A stretch of 64,000 nt of DNA, from assembly GCF_006345805.1 (NCBI RefSeq), contig NC_043026.1, forward strand, positions 12,069,579 through 12,133,578. Direction: 5' to 3'. Source of the DNA: Octopus sinensis. Taxonomy: Eukaryota. Shown here piece by piece: positions 1-14,113 of the stretch. Every line of letters starts with the position of its first letter. The stretch's first letter is position 1. Under the pieces are notes generated by a model that worked only from the letters and a program-made list of their open reading frames with translations, was not told the origin of the DNA and made no database searches. Position numbers and translations under genes: made by a program.

Positions 1-2289
<2,289 letters not shown>

Positions 2290-3591
2290 TTATGTTAAAT
2301 TAAGAGATTTCCCTCCTGTGTGTATTTGTTTGTGTGTTTTTAACAGACTATTTTTAATAAAGGAAATCCCGCACATTTCACAATTATACGGTTTTTCTCC
2401 TGAGTGTAGTCTTTTGTGTTCTGTTAAATATCTTCTATAAACAAAGGACTCCTCACATATTTCACACTGAAATGGTTTCTCTCTTGTGTGACTACGTTTG
2501 TGTGTCGTTAAATCACCGTTAGTGCTGAAAGATTTTCCACAGATTTCACAGTAATATGGCTTTTCTCCAGTGTGACTACGATTGTGGATAATAAGGCAAG
2601 AATTCTGAGTAAATGATTTTCCACAGATTTCACAATGAAATGGTTTTTCTCCTGTATGAATACGTTTATGTTTGTTTAAATCACCATTCTGAACAAAATA
2701 TTTCCCACAAATTTCACAGTGAAAAGGTTTTTCTCCAGTATGAATTCGTTTATGAACAACAAGGTTAGAATTGTCAGAGAATGATTTGCCGCATATTTCA
2801 CAAGGAAAAGGTTTCTCTCCTGTGTGACTACGTTTGTGTGTTGTTAAATCACCATTGGACGCCAACGATTTTCCGCACACCTCACAGTGGAAAGGCTTTT
2901 CCCCCGTGTGTATTCGTTTGTGTCTATTTAACTGACCTTTGGTGTTAAATGATTTTCCACAGATTTCACAATGAAATGGTTTTTCTCCCGTATGAATTCT
3001 TCTGTGAACGACAAGATTAGAATTATCAGAGAAAGATTTCCCACAGATTTCACAAGGAAAGGGTTTTTCACCTGTATGTTTCCTTATATGTTTTTTCAAG
3101 TCGCCATTCTTGACAAAATATTTCCCACAAATTTCACAATGAAACGGCTTCTCTCCTGTATGACTGCGTATGTGAACTACAAGACTAGAATTATCGGAGA
3201 ATGATTTTCCACAGATTTCACAATGGTAAGGTTTCTCTCCTGTGTGGATTCGTTTGTGAACTACAAAATTAGAATTATCAGAGAATGATTTTCCACACAT
3301 TTCACAGTGAAACGGTTTTTCACCCGAGTGTATCCTCCTGTGTATCGTTAAATTATTGTTTGAGACAAAATATTTTCCACAAATGTCACAATGATAGGCC
3401 GTTACCTTATTATGTATTTCTTTGTGCACGGAGACTTCACGCTCTGAAGAGAATGTCTTCTTACAAATCTCACAGTAATATTCAGGAACATTTTTGTCTA
3501 CAAGTTTATCACATCTGTCGGTTTCTGTAGCTGTATTTATATTGGTAAAAACAGTTCCATTTGAAGTGTCCGAGTGATTAACGTCCTCCAT
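2290..3591 (-). CDS. C2H2 zinc-finger protein, 433 aa, 14 tandem fingers, single coding exon
   Basis: 14 CxxC-x12-HxxxH motifs joined mostly by TGEKP(F/Y) linkers; short N-terminus with no recognisable effector domain. Confidence 0.95.
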   Translation of the reverse strand: MEDVNHSDTSNGTVFTNINTATETDRCDKLVDKNVPEYYCEICKKTFSSEREVSVHKEIHNKVTAYHCDICGKYFVSNNNLTIHRRIHSGEKPFHCEMCGKSFSDNSNFVVHKRIHTGEKPYHCEICGKSFSDNSSLVVHIRSHTGEKPFHCEICGKYFVKNGDLKKHIRKHTGEKPFPCEICGKSFSDNSNLVVHRRIHTGEKPFHCEICGKSFNTKGQLNRHKRIHTGEKPFHCEVCGKSLASNGDLTTHKRSHTGEKPFPCEICGKSFSDNSNLVVHKRIHTGEKPFHCEICGKYFVQNGDLNKHKRIHTGEKPFHCEICGKSFTQNSCLIIHNRSHTGEKPYYCEICGKSFSTNGDLTTHKRSHTREKPFQCEICEESFVYRRYLTEHKRLHSGEKPYNCEMCGISFIKNSLLKTHKQIHTGGKSLNLT

Positions 3592-4204
3592 ATTAATTCT
3601 TGAGGAATTCCTAAAAGTTGGGTAAAGTCTGACAGAATAATCTATCGTGCTTTAGTTTTTTTGTTTTTATCTATCGTGAAACTGTTTACACGAGTGGAAA
3701 ATATATAATGTAGGTATATATATTCTACTCACCATTAGAATACTTGCAGCTGACTGGGCACTATTCTAGTAATTCACATTTTGCTGCAAATATAATTATA
3801 TCTATGTCAAAATTAAGAAATGTAGACATGGTTAAAAGATGCTGTCCCAGTCTAAAGGATAAGCAGTCCATAAACGGACGTCCTGGTGAAATCGGAGCGA
3901 TCTTAAGAGATATTGCATTGCAGTAATAATCACAACAGAAAAGCAAAAATCACGGCGAAAAAACGATGTCGGGAGACAGAATATGAGTGTTTATAATAGA
4001 GACTCAATATACGTGTACGTACGTATGTATAGGAGTGTGTACGTATTCTCATATAAGTATAGTCCCAATAAATGGGGTTTGTTTCCCACGAATAGAGGGA
4101 AAGAACAACAATGTGTGTTGCGATGGTAATTCAAATAAGAAAAATCTTTTCAATTTGAAATTCAGCTGAAAAAAGTCAAGGATATTCAGAATAGATATTC
4201 CCTC

Positions 4205-4353
4205 ATTTTGACAAATTAAATTTAAATGTTGAAGTGAATCGAACGGCTTTTGTGTGTTTCTTAAATGGCTTACAAACACCTTCCACGCTGCAATTGTTTT
4301 CGTTTCAGCACACGATCTCAGATCAAGTCACTTGCTATGCAAGTACATCTCTG
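4205..4353 (+). mobile_element. 5'-truncated copy of the hammerhead-bearing (G3-C8 family) repeat
   Basis: Near-identical to 44716-44864; begins at ATTTTGACAAA, the predicted self-cleavage region. Confidence 0.7.
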
Positions 4354-4663
4354 TTATTCCCTCATTTTATAGATTATTAAAACCCGTCCTGTAAAATAGG
4401 GAACAATCAATATACGATGTAATGTATTTAATCATGAAGATGACAGAACACAGATCATGAAACATGTAAATCAAACTTCGCATTAATATCAGATAATTAC
4501 TACACAACATAATTACATTAGCTAAACTAATTAATCTTACCAAGTAGGCGGTGACGTTGACGATTTTCCCGCGTTGGAATGACACCGGTGACTTCAATTA
4601 AAAAGTTCCTAACGTAATTTAACGTTCAGAATCACCTTTAATTGCATAAATTTGTTTCTTTTA

Positions 4664-4804
4664 TAAGGTTGTCCCAGAAGTTCGTAGAAAGTCTTGGAAA
4701 ATAATGGTCTTTATTTTGAGGAATAATTTTTGTTGCTTTTGTTAGTACTTGGCGAGTAAAAATTCAATTTTCGCAAGTGTTTACGAACTTTTGGGACAAC
4801 CTAA
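4664..4804. mobile_element. Tc1/mariner-type MITE
   Basis: TIRs TAAGGTTGTCCCAGAAGTTCGTA / TACGAACTTTTGGGACAACCTAA, flanked by TA on both sides. Confidence 0.65.
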
Positions 4805-4862
4805 TAATATATGGACACCATGTTAAATAGAAAATTATAATTATAATAATAATAATAATCTC

Positions 4863-4942
4863 GGATTTTTTTCTTTTGAACGGCAAAGTGTTTAGTTAAC
4901 TAGAGATTGTGTTGACATGTGCCGTTCAAAAGGAAAAGATCC
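4863..4942. mobile_element. 80-bp mini-MITE (GGAT...ATCC family), 8-bp TSD
   Basis: Imperfect ~23-bp TIRs related to the element at 30445-30858; flanks ATAATCTC / ATAACCTC. Confidence 0.6.
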
Positions 4943-5133
4943 ATAACCTCAGAGCAAAATAACAATTACGTATCTATGAAGGTGCCTCTACGTGTCTTTC
5001 GACCTACTAGAAATAGCAGCCAAGTACCTTTCGTAGTAGATCTGCTATCTCATCATTAAGAAAAAAGAACGACATATTGGACAGTGTAGTCCTACATAAT
5101 ATAAGCTGTAAGTTCCACGGCAATCGCCTCCAC

Positions 5134-5559
5134 GGCAATCTTTCGTCTCTAGTAGACCTTTCCGTCGATTTCCGTAAAAAATTTTTTTTTTTACATATGG
5201 GCTTGCGGGAACTTTTGAAGTAATGAGAGCGAAAGAGACTAAGAGAAAGCGATTGTATGACGAGGGAAGTTCTTTTGAAGTTACCGTGCATGGGAAGCAT
5301 TGATGTACATGTGTGTGTGTGTGTGTGTTTGATGGGGTGTGGGAGACAGACAGTATGTTGTGTAAGTGAAGTGCTTCTGTTAGTGTGTGTGAAGAGACAG
5401 AGAGTAATGTGTGAAAGAGAGAGATAACTGAAATTTTTTACTCGGTGTATGTGTATATGTATGTATATTACTTCAAAAGTTCCCGCAAGCCCATATGTAA
5501 AAAAAAGACATTTTTTTACGGAAATCGACGGAAAGGTCTACTAGAGACGAAAGATCGCC
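5134..5559. mobile_element. MITE with ~90-bp TIRs (GGCAATC...GATCGCC), 8-bp TSD, probably Merlin superfamily
   Basis: Long TIRs; AGTTCCAC at 5111-5118 and 5560-5567; GG-n-R-M termini and 8-bp TSD fit Merlin elements. Confidence 0.75.
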
Positions 5560-5810
5560 AGTTCCACTAATAGCCACGATTACATAAATAAGTAAATGAA
5601 TATATGGATCTTTTCGGTTTGACCGAATTTTATAATTTAACATAGGGTTTATCAACGCATTCACTGCGACCCTGCACTTCCTCTCTGTATCTTTGAATTT
5701 GGTCTTTCCTTCTGCAATTCACACCTTTTATGTTTAACGTTCCTAAGGTATATATTCTTCTAATTTGTTTTCTCTTGTTACATTTTCAGCGGTTTATTGT
5801 ATGCCTTTCC

Positions 5811-6245
5811 GGCGATCTTTCGTCTCTAGTAGACCTTTCCGTCGATTTCCGTAAAAAATTTTTTTTTTTTTTTTTACATATGGGCTTGCGGGAACTTTTG
5901 AAGTAATGAGAGCGAAAGAGACTAAGAGAAAGCGATTGTATGACGAGGGAAGTTCTCAGTTATCTCTTTCTTTCACACATTACTCTGTCTCTTCACACAC
6001 ACTAACAGAAGCACTTCACTTACACAACATACTGTCTGTCTCCCACACCCCATCAAACACACACACACACACACATGTACATCAATGCTTCCCATGCACG
6101 GTAACTTCAAAAGAACTTCCCTCGTCATACAATCGCTTTCTCTTAGTCTCTTTACTTCAAAAGTTCCCGCAAGCCCATATGTAAAAAAAAAAAAATTTTT
6201 TTTACGGAAATCGACGGAAAGGTCTACTAGAGACGAAAGATTTCC
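5811..6245. mobile_element. Rearranged copy of the same MITE (internal inversion, extended TIRs)
   Basis: Same TIRs as 5134-5559; core inverted and a ~45-bp subterminal block present at both ends. Confidence 0.75.
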
Positions 6246-6504
6246 AAATTTTCAAATGTTTTCGTTGTTGCTAATTTTTGTGTTGTTATTTAAGACCAAA
6301 TGTGATTATAAGCTGCGATCTTTTACCCTATTCGATCCATTCTTGCAGAAAATATTGGTTTCGATTTTTGGCACAAGACCAGCATCTTGAGGGAGGGCAT
6401 AAGTCAATTGCATCAATCCCAGTACTCAACTGGTACGCATCGTATTGACTACGAAAGGATGAGAGTCAAAGTTGACCTTAGCAAAATTCTTATATATTCT
6501 TTTC

Positions 6505-7085
6505 TTTTCTTTTACTTGTTTCAGTCATTTGACTGCGGCCATGCTGCAGCACCGCCTTTAGTCGAGCAAATCGACCCCGGGTCTTATTCTTTGTAAGCCC
6601 AGTACTTATTCTATCGGTCTCTCTTTTGCCGAACCGCTAGGTGACGGGGACGTAAACACTCCAGCATCGGTTGTCAAGCAATGCTAGGGGGACAAACACA
6701 GACACACAAACATATACACAAACACTTATATATACATATATATGACAGGCTTCTTTCAGTTTCCGTCTACCAAATCCACTCACAAGGCATTGGTCGGCCC
6801 GGGGCTATAGCAGAAGACACTTGCTCAAGATGCCACGCAGTGGGACTGAACCCGGAACCATGTGGTTGGTTAGCAAGCTACTTACCACACAGCCACTCCT
6901 ATGCCTATTTATATACATATATACGACAGGCTTCTTTCAGTTTCCGTCTACCAAATCCACTCACAAGGCATTGGTCGGCCCGAGGCTATAGTAAAAGACA
7001 CTTGCCCGAGGTGCCACGCAGTGGGACTGAACCCGGAACCATGTGGTTCGTAAGCAAGCTACTTACCACACAGCCACTCCTCGCC
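6505..7085 (-). mobile_element. tRNA-derived SINE (family A) plus duplicated 5' half
   Basis: Minus strand reads A box TGGCTGTGTGG, B box GGTTCAGTCCC, central CA/TA tract and GAAACAAGTAAAAGA tail; >15 copies in the window. Confidence 0.85.
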
Positions 7086-7094
7086 TTACTATAT

Positions 7095-7305
7095 TTCCTT
7101 ACTACCCACAAAGGGACAAACAAAGGGAGTAAGTCAATTATATCGACGCCAGTGCATAACTGGTACTTAATTTATCGACCCCGAAAGGATGAAAGGCAAA
7201 GTCGACCTCGGCGGAATCTGAACTCGGAACGTAACGACAGACGAAATACAGCTCCGAAATGCCACTAAGCATTTTGAACAGCGCGGTACGATTCTGCCTG
7301 ATCAT
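7095..7305 (-). mobile_element. SINE family C fragment (ATCGACCCCGAAAGGATGAAAGGCAAAGTCGACCTCGGCGG core)
   Basis: Same core at 6410-6485, 14655-14812, 14993-15131 and ~52050. Confidence 0.7.
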
Positions 7306-7636
7306 TCCTTGATTGAATTCAGTTTTAAGCATCCCATTTTTTGCGAGTTTCTGTTCTACACACGAAATTCATACGATTATGCAAAAAGAAAAAAAAAATT
7401 GTTTATGTACGCGATTTAAGAATGATTTAGCTATTATTTTTAGCACATCCCACGACCACCTGTTACTTCAGTATTCTGACATGTTTTTAAATATCCACCA
7501 TATTTTATTCTCTATTTTTTTGTTATTTCAGAATACAAAATAGCGCTGGCATTCAAGAATTCCATCGGCATTGGATACGTAATATTTGGAAGGTTTTACC
7601 CCAGACGTCGTTCTGTTTACATGAATCTATCTAGAG

Positions 7637-8315
7637 CAGTGCTTTTCAAACTTTTTGGTGGAGCGGAACCCCCAAGGAAACATTCCACTGGCCCGAGGAA
7701 CCCCTGTGCAATAATTTAATAGTCTTATATGCACACATATCTGCACAGGAGAATTAAAAATTACTGCCGATTTTAGAAAGTTTTGTAACTTCTTGCGGAA
7801 CCCCTGGACTGTACTGGCGGAACCCTGGTTGAAAACCACTGAGTTAGACACTAGTTAGACCAGTGCTTTTCAAACTTTTTGCTGGAGCGGAACCCCAAGG
7901 AAACATTCCACTGGCTCGAGGAACCCCTGTGCAATAATTTAATTGTCTTATATGCACACATATCTGCACCGGAGACTTAAAAATTACTGCCGATTTTAGC
8001 AGTTTTGTAACTTCTTGTGGAACCCCTGGACTGTACTGGCAGAACCCTAAGGTTCCACGGAACCCTGGTTGAAAACCACTGAGTTAGACACAGTCACTTA
8101 GACACTAGTTAGACCAGTGCTTTTCAACATTTTTGCTGGAGCGGAACTCCAAGGAAACATTCCACTGGCTCGAGGAACCCCTGTGCAAAAATTTAATAGT
8201 GTTATGCACACATATCTGCACAGGAGAATTAAAAATTACTGCCGATTTTAGCAGTTTTGTAACTTCTTGCGGAACCCCTGGTCTGTACTGGCGGAACCCT
8301 GGTTGAAAACCACTG
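7637..8315. mobile_element. Trimer of a ~205-220-bp hAT-type MITE
   Basis: Units 7637-7841, 7861-8081 and 8115-8315, each CAGTGCTTTTCAA...TTGAAAACCACTG; outer 8-bp TSD ATCTAGAG / GTCTAGAG (nTCTAGAn, Charlie-type target). Confidence 0.85.
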
Positions 8316-8546
8316 GTCTAGAGAATTACAGTAAAACATTTTCTCTGAATAATACATTTCTTTACCATGTGGAGAGAGTGGAAGATTATTTTGTATTTTA
8401 ATTCAGTTGAGGCTACACGGGACTTTACAACGTCTACGTGTACTATTTGAGATCACATTTGATGAAAATATAGCAGGATAAGTATTTATTAGGAATATTT
8501 GAAAGGAAGAAAACATCTGAATGTTCTGGTGAGAGAAGAAGAAACA

Positions 8547-10145
8547 ATGGCTAATGAAGTGTGTAATAACAACATTGAACACAAATCACAGTGTGAAGGT
8601 ATTGATTTTTCTGATGAGATACCAACAAAGGGAGATAAACCATCATACTGCTGTGATATCTGTAAAAAGTCATTTTCTCAAAATAATATCCTTTCTCGAC
8701 ATAAATGCACTCATACAAATGTGAAAGCATATCGCTGTGGTGTATGTGGTAAATCATTCTCTCAATGTGTTCGCTTAACTGAACACAAAAGCGTTCATAC
8801 AGGAGAAAAGCCATTTTGCTGCGACATCTGTGGATATTCGTTCTCCAAGGTAGACAGTTTAGCCAAACACAAACGCACTCATACAGGAGAAGAGCCATAT
8901 CACTGCGAAATCTGTGGTAAATCGTTCTCTGTGAAATGGAATTTAACTACACACATTCGAATTCATACAGGAGAGAAACCGTATCACTGCCTCGTTTGTA
9001 AGAAATCATTCTCTAGTGGAAGTAACTTAACCAGACATCAATATCTTCATACAGGAGATGAAACACATACCTGTGATATTTGTGGTAAGTCTTTCACTCA
9101 GGAAGATAGATTAGCTAGACACAAATACATTCATACAGCAGAAAAATTGTATGACCATGGGATATCGTTATCAAATAAGACTGCCTTAACTGCTCACAAA
9201 AGCAGTCATTCTGGAGAGAGACCATATTGCTGTGATATTTGTGATAAATCATTTCCTTCAAGTAGTAATTTAAACAAACACAAACGTGTCCATTCAGGAG
9301 AGAAGCCATATCACTGTGACATCTGTGGTAAATCATTTTCTCAAAGTAGCACCTTAACTCAACATAAACGTCGTCATACAGGAGTGAAACCATATCACTG
9401 TGATATCTGTGGCAAATCATTCTTTAAGTTAGATAGCTTGACTATACACAAACGCATTCACACAGGAGAAAAACCATATCACTGTCATATTTGTGGTAAA
9501 TCTTTCTCTACAAGAAGTAACTTAACCACACACAAATATATTCATACAGGAGAGAAACCATATCAGTGTCATTCTTGTGGCAAATCATTCTCTGATGGAA
9601 GCACCTTAACAAGACACAAGTATATTCATACAGGAGAGAAACCATATCAGTGTGATGTCTGTGATAAATCATTCTCCCTGAAAATTAGCTTAGCTAGACA
9701 CAAATACATTCATACAGGGGAAAGACCTTTTCACTGCGACATCTGTGGAATGTCGTTCCTCGATGGAAGTACTTTGACTGGTCACAAACGCATTCATACA
9801 GGAGAGAAGCCATATCACTGTGACATCTGTGGAAAATCATTCTCTAGAAGTAGTCACGTAACTTCACACAAACGCATTCATACAGGAGAGAAACCCTTTC
9901 GCTGTGATGTCTGCGGTAAATCATTTTCTCACAGTGGTTCCTTAACTTCACACAAACGCATTCATTCAGGCGAGAAACTATATCACTGCGATGATTGTGG
10001 TAAATCGTTCTCTGGAAGTAGTGACCTGGCGAGACACAAACGCGTTCATACAGGTGAGAAGCCACATCACTGTGATATTTGTGGCAAATCATTCTCTCAG
10101 AAATGTACCTTAACGTCACATGTATCTATTCATACAGAACCCTAA
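8547..10145 (+). CDS. C2H2 zinc-finger protein, ~532 aa, 17 intact + 1 degenerate finger
   Basis: Uninterrupted ORF; first in-frame ATG at 8547 (the track's 8499 start is TTG); TGEKPY linkers; finger 7 lacks CxxC. Confidence 0.95.
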   Translation: MANEVCNNNIEHKSQCEGIDFSDEIPTKGDKPSYCCDICKKSFSQNNILSRHKCTHTNVKAYRCGVCGKSFSQCVRLTEHKSVHTGEKPFCCDICGYSFSKVDSLAKHKRTHTGEEPYHCEICGKSFSVKWNLTTHIRIHTGEKPYHCLVCKKSFSSGSNLTRHQYLHTGDETHTCDICGKSFTQEDRLARHKYIHTAEKLYDHGISLSNKTALTAHKSSHSGERPYCCDICDKSFPSSSNLNKHKRVHSGEKPYHCDICGKSFSQSSTLTQHKRRHTGVKPYHCDICGKSFFKLDSLTIHKRIHTGEKPYHCHICGKSFSTRSNLTTHKYIHTGEKPYQCHSCGKSFSDGSTLTRHKYIHTGEKPYQCDVCDKSFSLKISLARHKYIHTGERPFHCDICGMSFLDGSTLTGHKRIHTGEKPYHCDICGKSFSRSSHVTSHKRIHTGEKPFRCDVCGKSFSHSGSLTSHKRIHSGEKLYHCDDCGKSFSGSSDLARHKRVHTGEKPHHCDICGKSFSQKCTLTSHVSIHTEP

Positions 10146-10212
10146 ATACACCATTGTGGAAATGCACTGCAACATGTGAAACATGTTGTAAGCTCATTTG
10201 CCATGCTAAACC

Positions 10213-11010
10213 ATTACTCTTTTACTTGTTTCAGTCATTTGACTGTGGCCATGCTGGAGCACCGCCCTTTAGTCGAGCAAATCGACCCCGGCACTTATTC
10301 TTTTGTAAGCCCAGTACTTATTCTATCGGTCTCTTTTCTCTTTTACTCTTTTACTTGTTTCAGTCATTTGACTGCGGCCATGCTGGAGCACCGCCCTTTA
10401 GTCGAGCAAATCGACCCCGGCACTTATTCTTTTGTAAGCCCAGTACTTATTCTATCGGTCTCTTTTCTCTTTTACTCTTTTACTTGTTTCAGTCATTTGA
10501 CTGCGGCCATGCTGGAGCACCGCCTTTAGTCGAGCAAATCGACCCCGGCACTTATTCTTTTGTAAGCCCAGTACTTATTCTATCGGTCTCTTTTCTCTTT
10601 TACTCTTTTACTTGTTTCAGTCATTTGACTGCGGCCATGCTGGAGCACCGCCTTTTAGTCGAGCAACTCGACCCCGGGACTTATTCTTTTGTAAGCCCAG
10701 TACTTATTCTATCGGTCTCTTTTGCCGAACCGCTAAGTGACGGGGGACGTAAACACACCAGCATCGGTTGTCAAGCAATGCTAGGGGGACAAACACAGAC
10801 ACACAAACACATACACACACATACATATATATATATATACATATATACGACAGGCTTCTTTCAGTTTCCATCTACCAAATCCACTCACAAGGCACTGGTC
10901 GGCCCGGGGCTATAGCAGAAGACACTTGCCCAAGATGCCACGCAGTGGGACTGAACCCGGAACCATGTGGTTGGTTAGCAAGCTACTTACCACACAGCCA
11001 CTCCTGCGTC
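10213..11010 (-). mobile_element. SINE family A with its 3' ~128 bp tandemly repeated 4 times
   Basis: TACTCTTTTACTTGTTTCAGTCATTTGACTG...CTATCGGTCTCTTT recurs four times, then the rest of the SINE follows. Confidence 0.85.
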
Positions 11011-11020
11011 CGTTGTCTTA

Positions 11021-11232
11021 TCATCATCATCGTTTAACGTCCGCTTTCCATGCTGGCATGGGTTGGATGATTTGACTGAGGACTAGCAAACCAGAAGGCT
11101 GCACCAGGCTCCAATCTTGATCTGGCAGAGTTTCTACAGCTCGATGCCCTTCCTAACGCCAACCACTATGAGAGTGTAGTGGGTGCTTTTACGTGCCACC
11201 GGCACAGGGCCAGTCAGGCAGTACTGGCAATG
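11021..11232 (-). mobile_element. 3'-terminal fragment of the RTE LINE (3' UTR with GAT-repeat tail)
   Basis: Matches the UTR after the RTE ORF at ~29700-30166; further copies at ~15905-16200, 16500-16780, 17070-17330, 21165-21315, 32666-32920, 49348-49626, 49945-50343, 51740-51900, 53335-53503, 54434-54810, 55375-55873 and 61108-61383. Confidence 0.75.
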
Positions 11233-12134
11233 ACCAAAATATTTTGACAAATTAAAATTTAAATGTTGAAGTGAATCTAACGGTTTTTGTGTGTTTCTTA
11301 AATGGCTTATAAACACCTTCCACACTGCAATTATTTTTATGTTTAACATTTAACCAAGACTTGTATTGATACAATTATAAGTTATAGAATTTACAGACCT
11401 GATCTATTTATGATAAAGTTGCAGGTTTCTCTAAACTGGTCTCACTATACCTCGACTATATGGTGCTATTTCATGCCACAACAGGGACAATTTATTTTAT
11501 AGAAAATGAAATATTACATGCATCTCAAAACTGATTTTCCTGTCAGCAATTGTTGCATATTAATCTGTAAATGCCAAAGGTTTATTATATCAAGGTTTCC
11601 ACATTGTCTGATAACCAAATTAACCAATCATAATTGCTGTAACATGCGATTGAAGACCAACATGTCATCTTTGGATAATGTTTTTTTAGTCCATTGGCAA
11701 AAACATACTTTAATAAAGAAAGCTGCTTATTAAATTGTCTAAATTATGTAACTTTTACTGAAAGAAATCAATTATTAAAGACTATACTGTCTAGAAAATT
11801 TTTATAACTTCCAATTTTAATATATTTTTATCAGAATGCAGTTTTCAAGTTTCTGTTATTATTGATTTTAAGTACACATATCCGTCATGGAACTAATTTT
11901 CATTCACTTTGAGATAGCGCCTTCTTAATGTCATTTTTTATACTGCTTGAAATATAAAGGTTGCCCAAATATTTGCTACTCTACCTTCTGAAAGTTTAAT
12001 CAAGTGTTGGCAAATTATGTTGATTCCAGTATCTTTTCATATTTGTTGGGGGCTGTTGAAGAAATAACTGAATAAAGAAAAGTGGTTTTGATTTGCTTAT
12101 TTCAAATGCTTGAGAAGACCTATCAAGCCAAGTG

Positions 12135-12590
12135 AAAGAGACTTCAAACTTGAAATCTTCAAAGCCACAGTCGAACCAATTCTACTATATGGCTCAGAAA
12201 CCTGGACGTTATCAAAGAAGCTTGAGAGGCGGTTGGATGGAACCTACACTCGCCTCCTTATGAGAGCTCAAAATCTCTTGTGGAAGTGTCATCCAACCAA
12301 AATGCAAATATATGGGAAACTACCACCTGTGTCATCTCTTGTGAAAGGTAGGAGAGTCCAGTTTGCTGGACATTGTTGTAGAGCTGAAAAAGAGGTAATT
12401 TCTACTCTTCTCCTCTGGAAGCCATCTACTCGCAATACCAGAGGGCGCACACTCTCCTACCCTGGTGTAATCTCCAGGGATACAGGCATCCAGCAACAGG
12501 ACCTCTGTAATGCTATGATGGACCGTGAAGTCTGGCGTAGCATAGTAAATTCCATTGTCTCGACCACAGTCGAACAATGATGATGATGAT
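12135..12590 (+). mobile_element. 5'-truncated non-LTR retrotransposon (RTE-like), RT C-terminal region
   Basis: KLEIFKATVEPILLYGSETW...FAGHCCR...DREVWR motifs; stop followed directly by a (TGA)n tail. Confidence 0.85.
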
Positions 12591-13271
12591 AGTCGTGGCC
12601 AATGCTGGTGTCATGTAACCGGCATCTGCATTGGTGGCATGTAAGAAGCACCCTTTGAACATGGAGGCAATGGTAAGTGACTGAGACCTTTTGGCAACAT
12701 GCCATGCTTGAGAAGACTCATCAAACCATAGTTATAGCCACAGTTGGTGTCGCATAACTAGCATGTAAAAAGCACCCATCACACTCTTGGAGTGGTTGGC
12801 ATTAGGAAGGGCATCCAGCTGTGGAAACCATGCCAAATCAGTTTCTCTCTACCAAATCCAATCACAAGGCTTTGGTCGGCCCAAGGCTATAGTAGAAGAC
12901 ACTTGCCTAAGGTGCAACACAGTGGGACTGAACCCAGAACCTTGTTCTTGTGAAGCAAGTTTCTTACCACACAGCCACGCCTGTGAATATTTTATTTTGA
13001 TAAGCATATTTTAACTTATTACGAACATGTTCTTGCTTAGAAAAACTAGACTGTGGCCATGATTTATATGCCATTTTCATAACTGTTGTTCTGGCTTGGC
13101 TGTGAGTCAACATTGTTTGACTGAAAGTTGTCAAATAAATTTGAGACTGAAACAATGCCATTTTGTTCTAAAATACAAACAAAAATATCTCTATGAAAAA
13201 TAAGGTAAAAGACTGTAAAATAATTAAAGCAAAAAAAAAAGTTTGACTGGCACAGGTATGGCTGCGTAGTA

Positions 13272-14113
13272 CAGAACTTTTCAACCTTTTTGCTGGAGCG
13301 GAACCCCAAGGAAACATTCCACTGGCTCGGGGAACCCCTGTGCAATAATTTAATAGTCTTATGCACACACATCTGCACAGGAGAATTAAAAATTACTGCC
13401 GATTTTAGCAGTTTTGTAACTTCTTGCGGAACCCCTGGACTGTACTGGCGGAACCACTGAGTTAGACACAGTCAGTTAGACACTAGTTAGACCAGTGCTT
13501 TTCAATCTTTTTGCTGGAGTGGAACCCCAAGGAAACATTCCACTGGCTCAAGGAACCCCTGTGCAATAGTTTAATAGTCTTATGCACACATATCTGCACA
13601 GGAGACTTAAAAATTACTGTCGATTTTAGCAGTTTTGTAACTTCTTGCGGAACCCTGGTTGAAAACCACTGAGTTAGACACAGTCAGTTAGACACTAGTT
13701 AGACCAGTGCTTTTCAAACTTTTTGCTGGAGCAGAACCCAAGGAACATTCCACTGGCTCGGGGAACCCCTGTGCAATAATTCAATAGTTTTATGCACAAA
13801 TATCTGCACAGGAGACTTAAAAATTACCGCCGATTTTAGCAGTTTTGTAACTTCTTGCGGAACCCCTGGACTGTACTGGCGGAACCACTGAGTTAGACAC
13901 AGTCAGTTAGACCAGTGCATTTCAAACTTTTTGCTGGAGCGGAACCCCAAGGAAACATTCCACTGGCTCGGGGAACCCCTGTGCAATAATTTAATAGTGT
14001 TATGCACACATATCTGCACAGGAGAATTAAAAATTACTGCCGATTTTAGCAGTTTTGTAACTTCTTGCGGAACCCCTGGACTGTACTGGCAGAACCCTGG
14101 TTGAAAATCATAG
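13272..14113. mobile_element. Tetramer of the same hAT-type MITE, inserted in the A box of a SINE
   Basis: Four units with AGTTAGAC-containing spacers; perfect 8-bp TSD GCGTAGTA (13264-13271 / 14114-14121); SINE head resumes at 14114. Confidence 0.85.

Noticed and set aside
2971-3530. ORFs antisense to the ZNF genes (also 8551-10119)
   Set aside because: Shadow frames of repetitive finger codons with no independent features.
10079-10915. 278-aa ORF and the many MLGGQTQTH / MSSNARGT / CHAVGLNPEPCGW ORFs
   Set aside because: Translations of SINE family A and its tandem tails; they recur wherever the SINE does.
13451-13915. CRISPR-like repeat/spacer look of the MITE arrays and satellites
   Set aside because: Units are near-identical throughout with no unique spacers; eukaryotic context and no cas genes.
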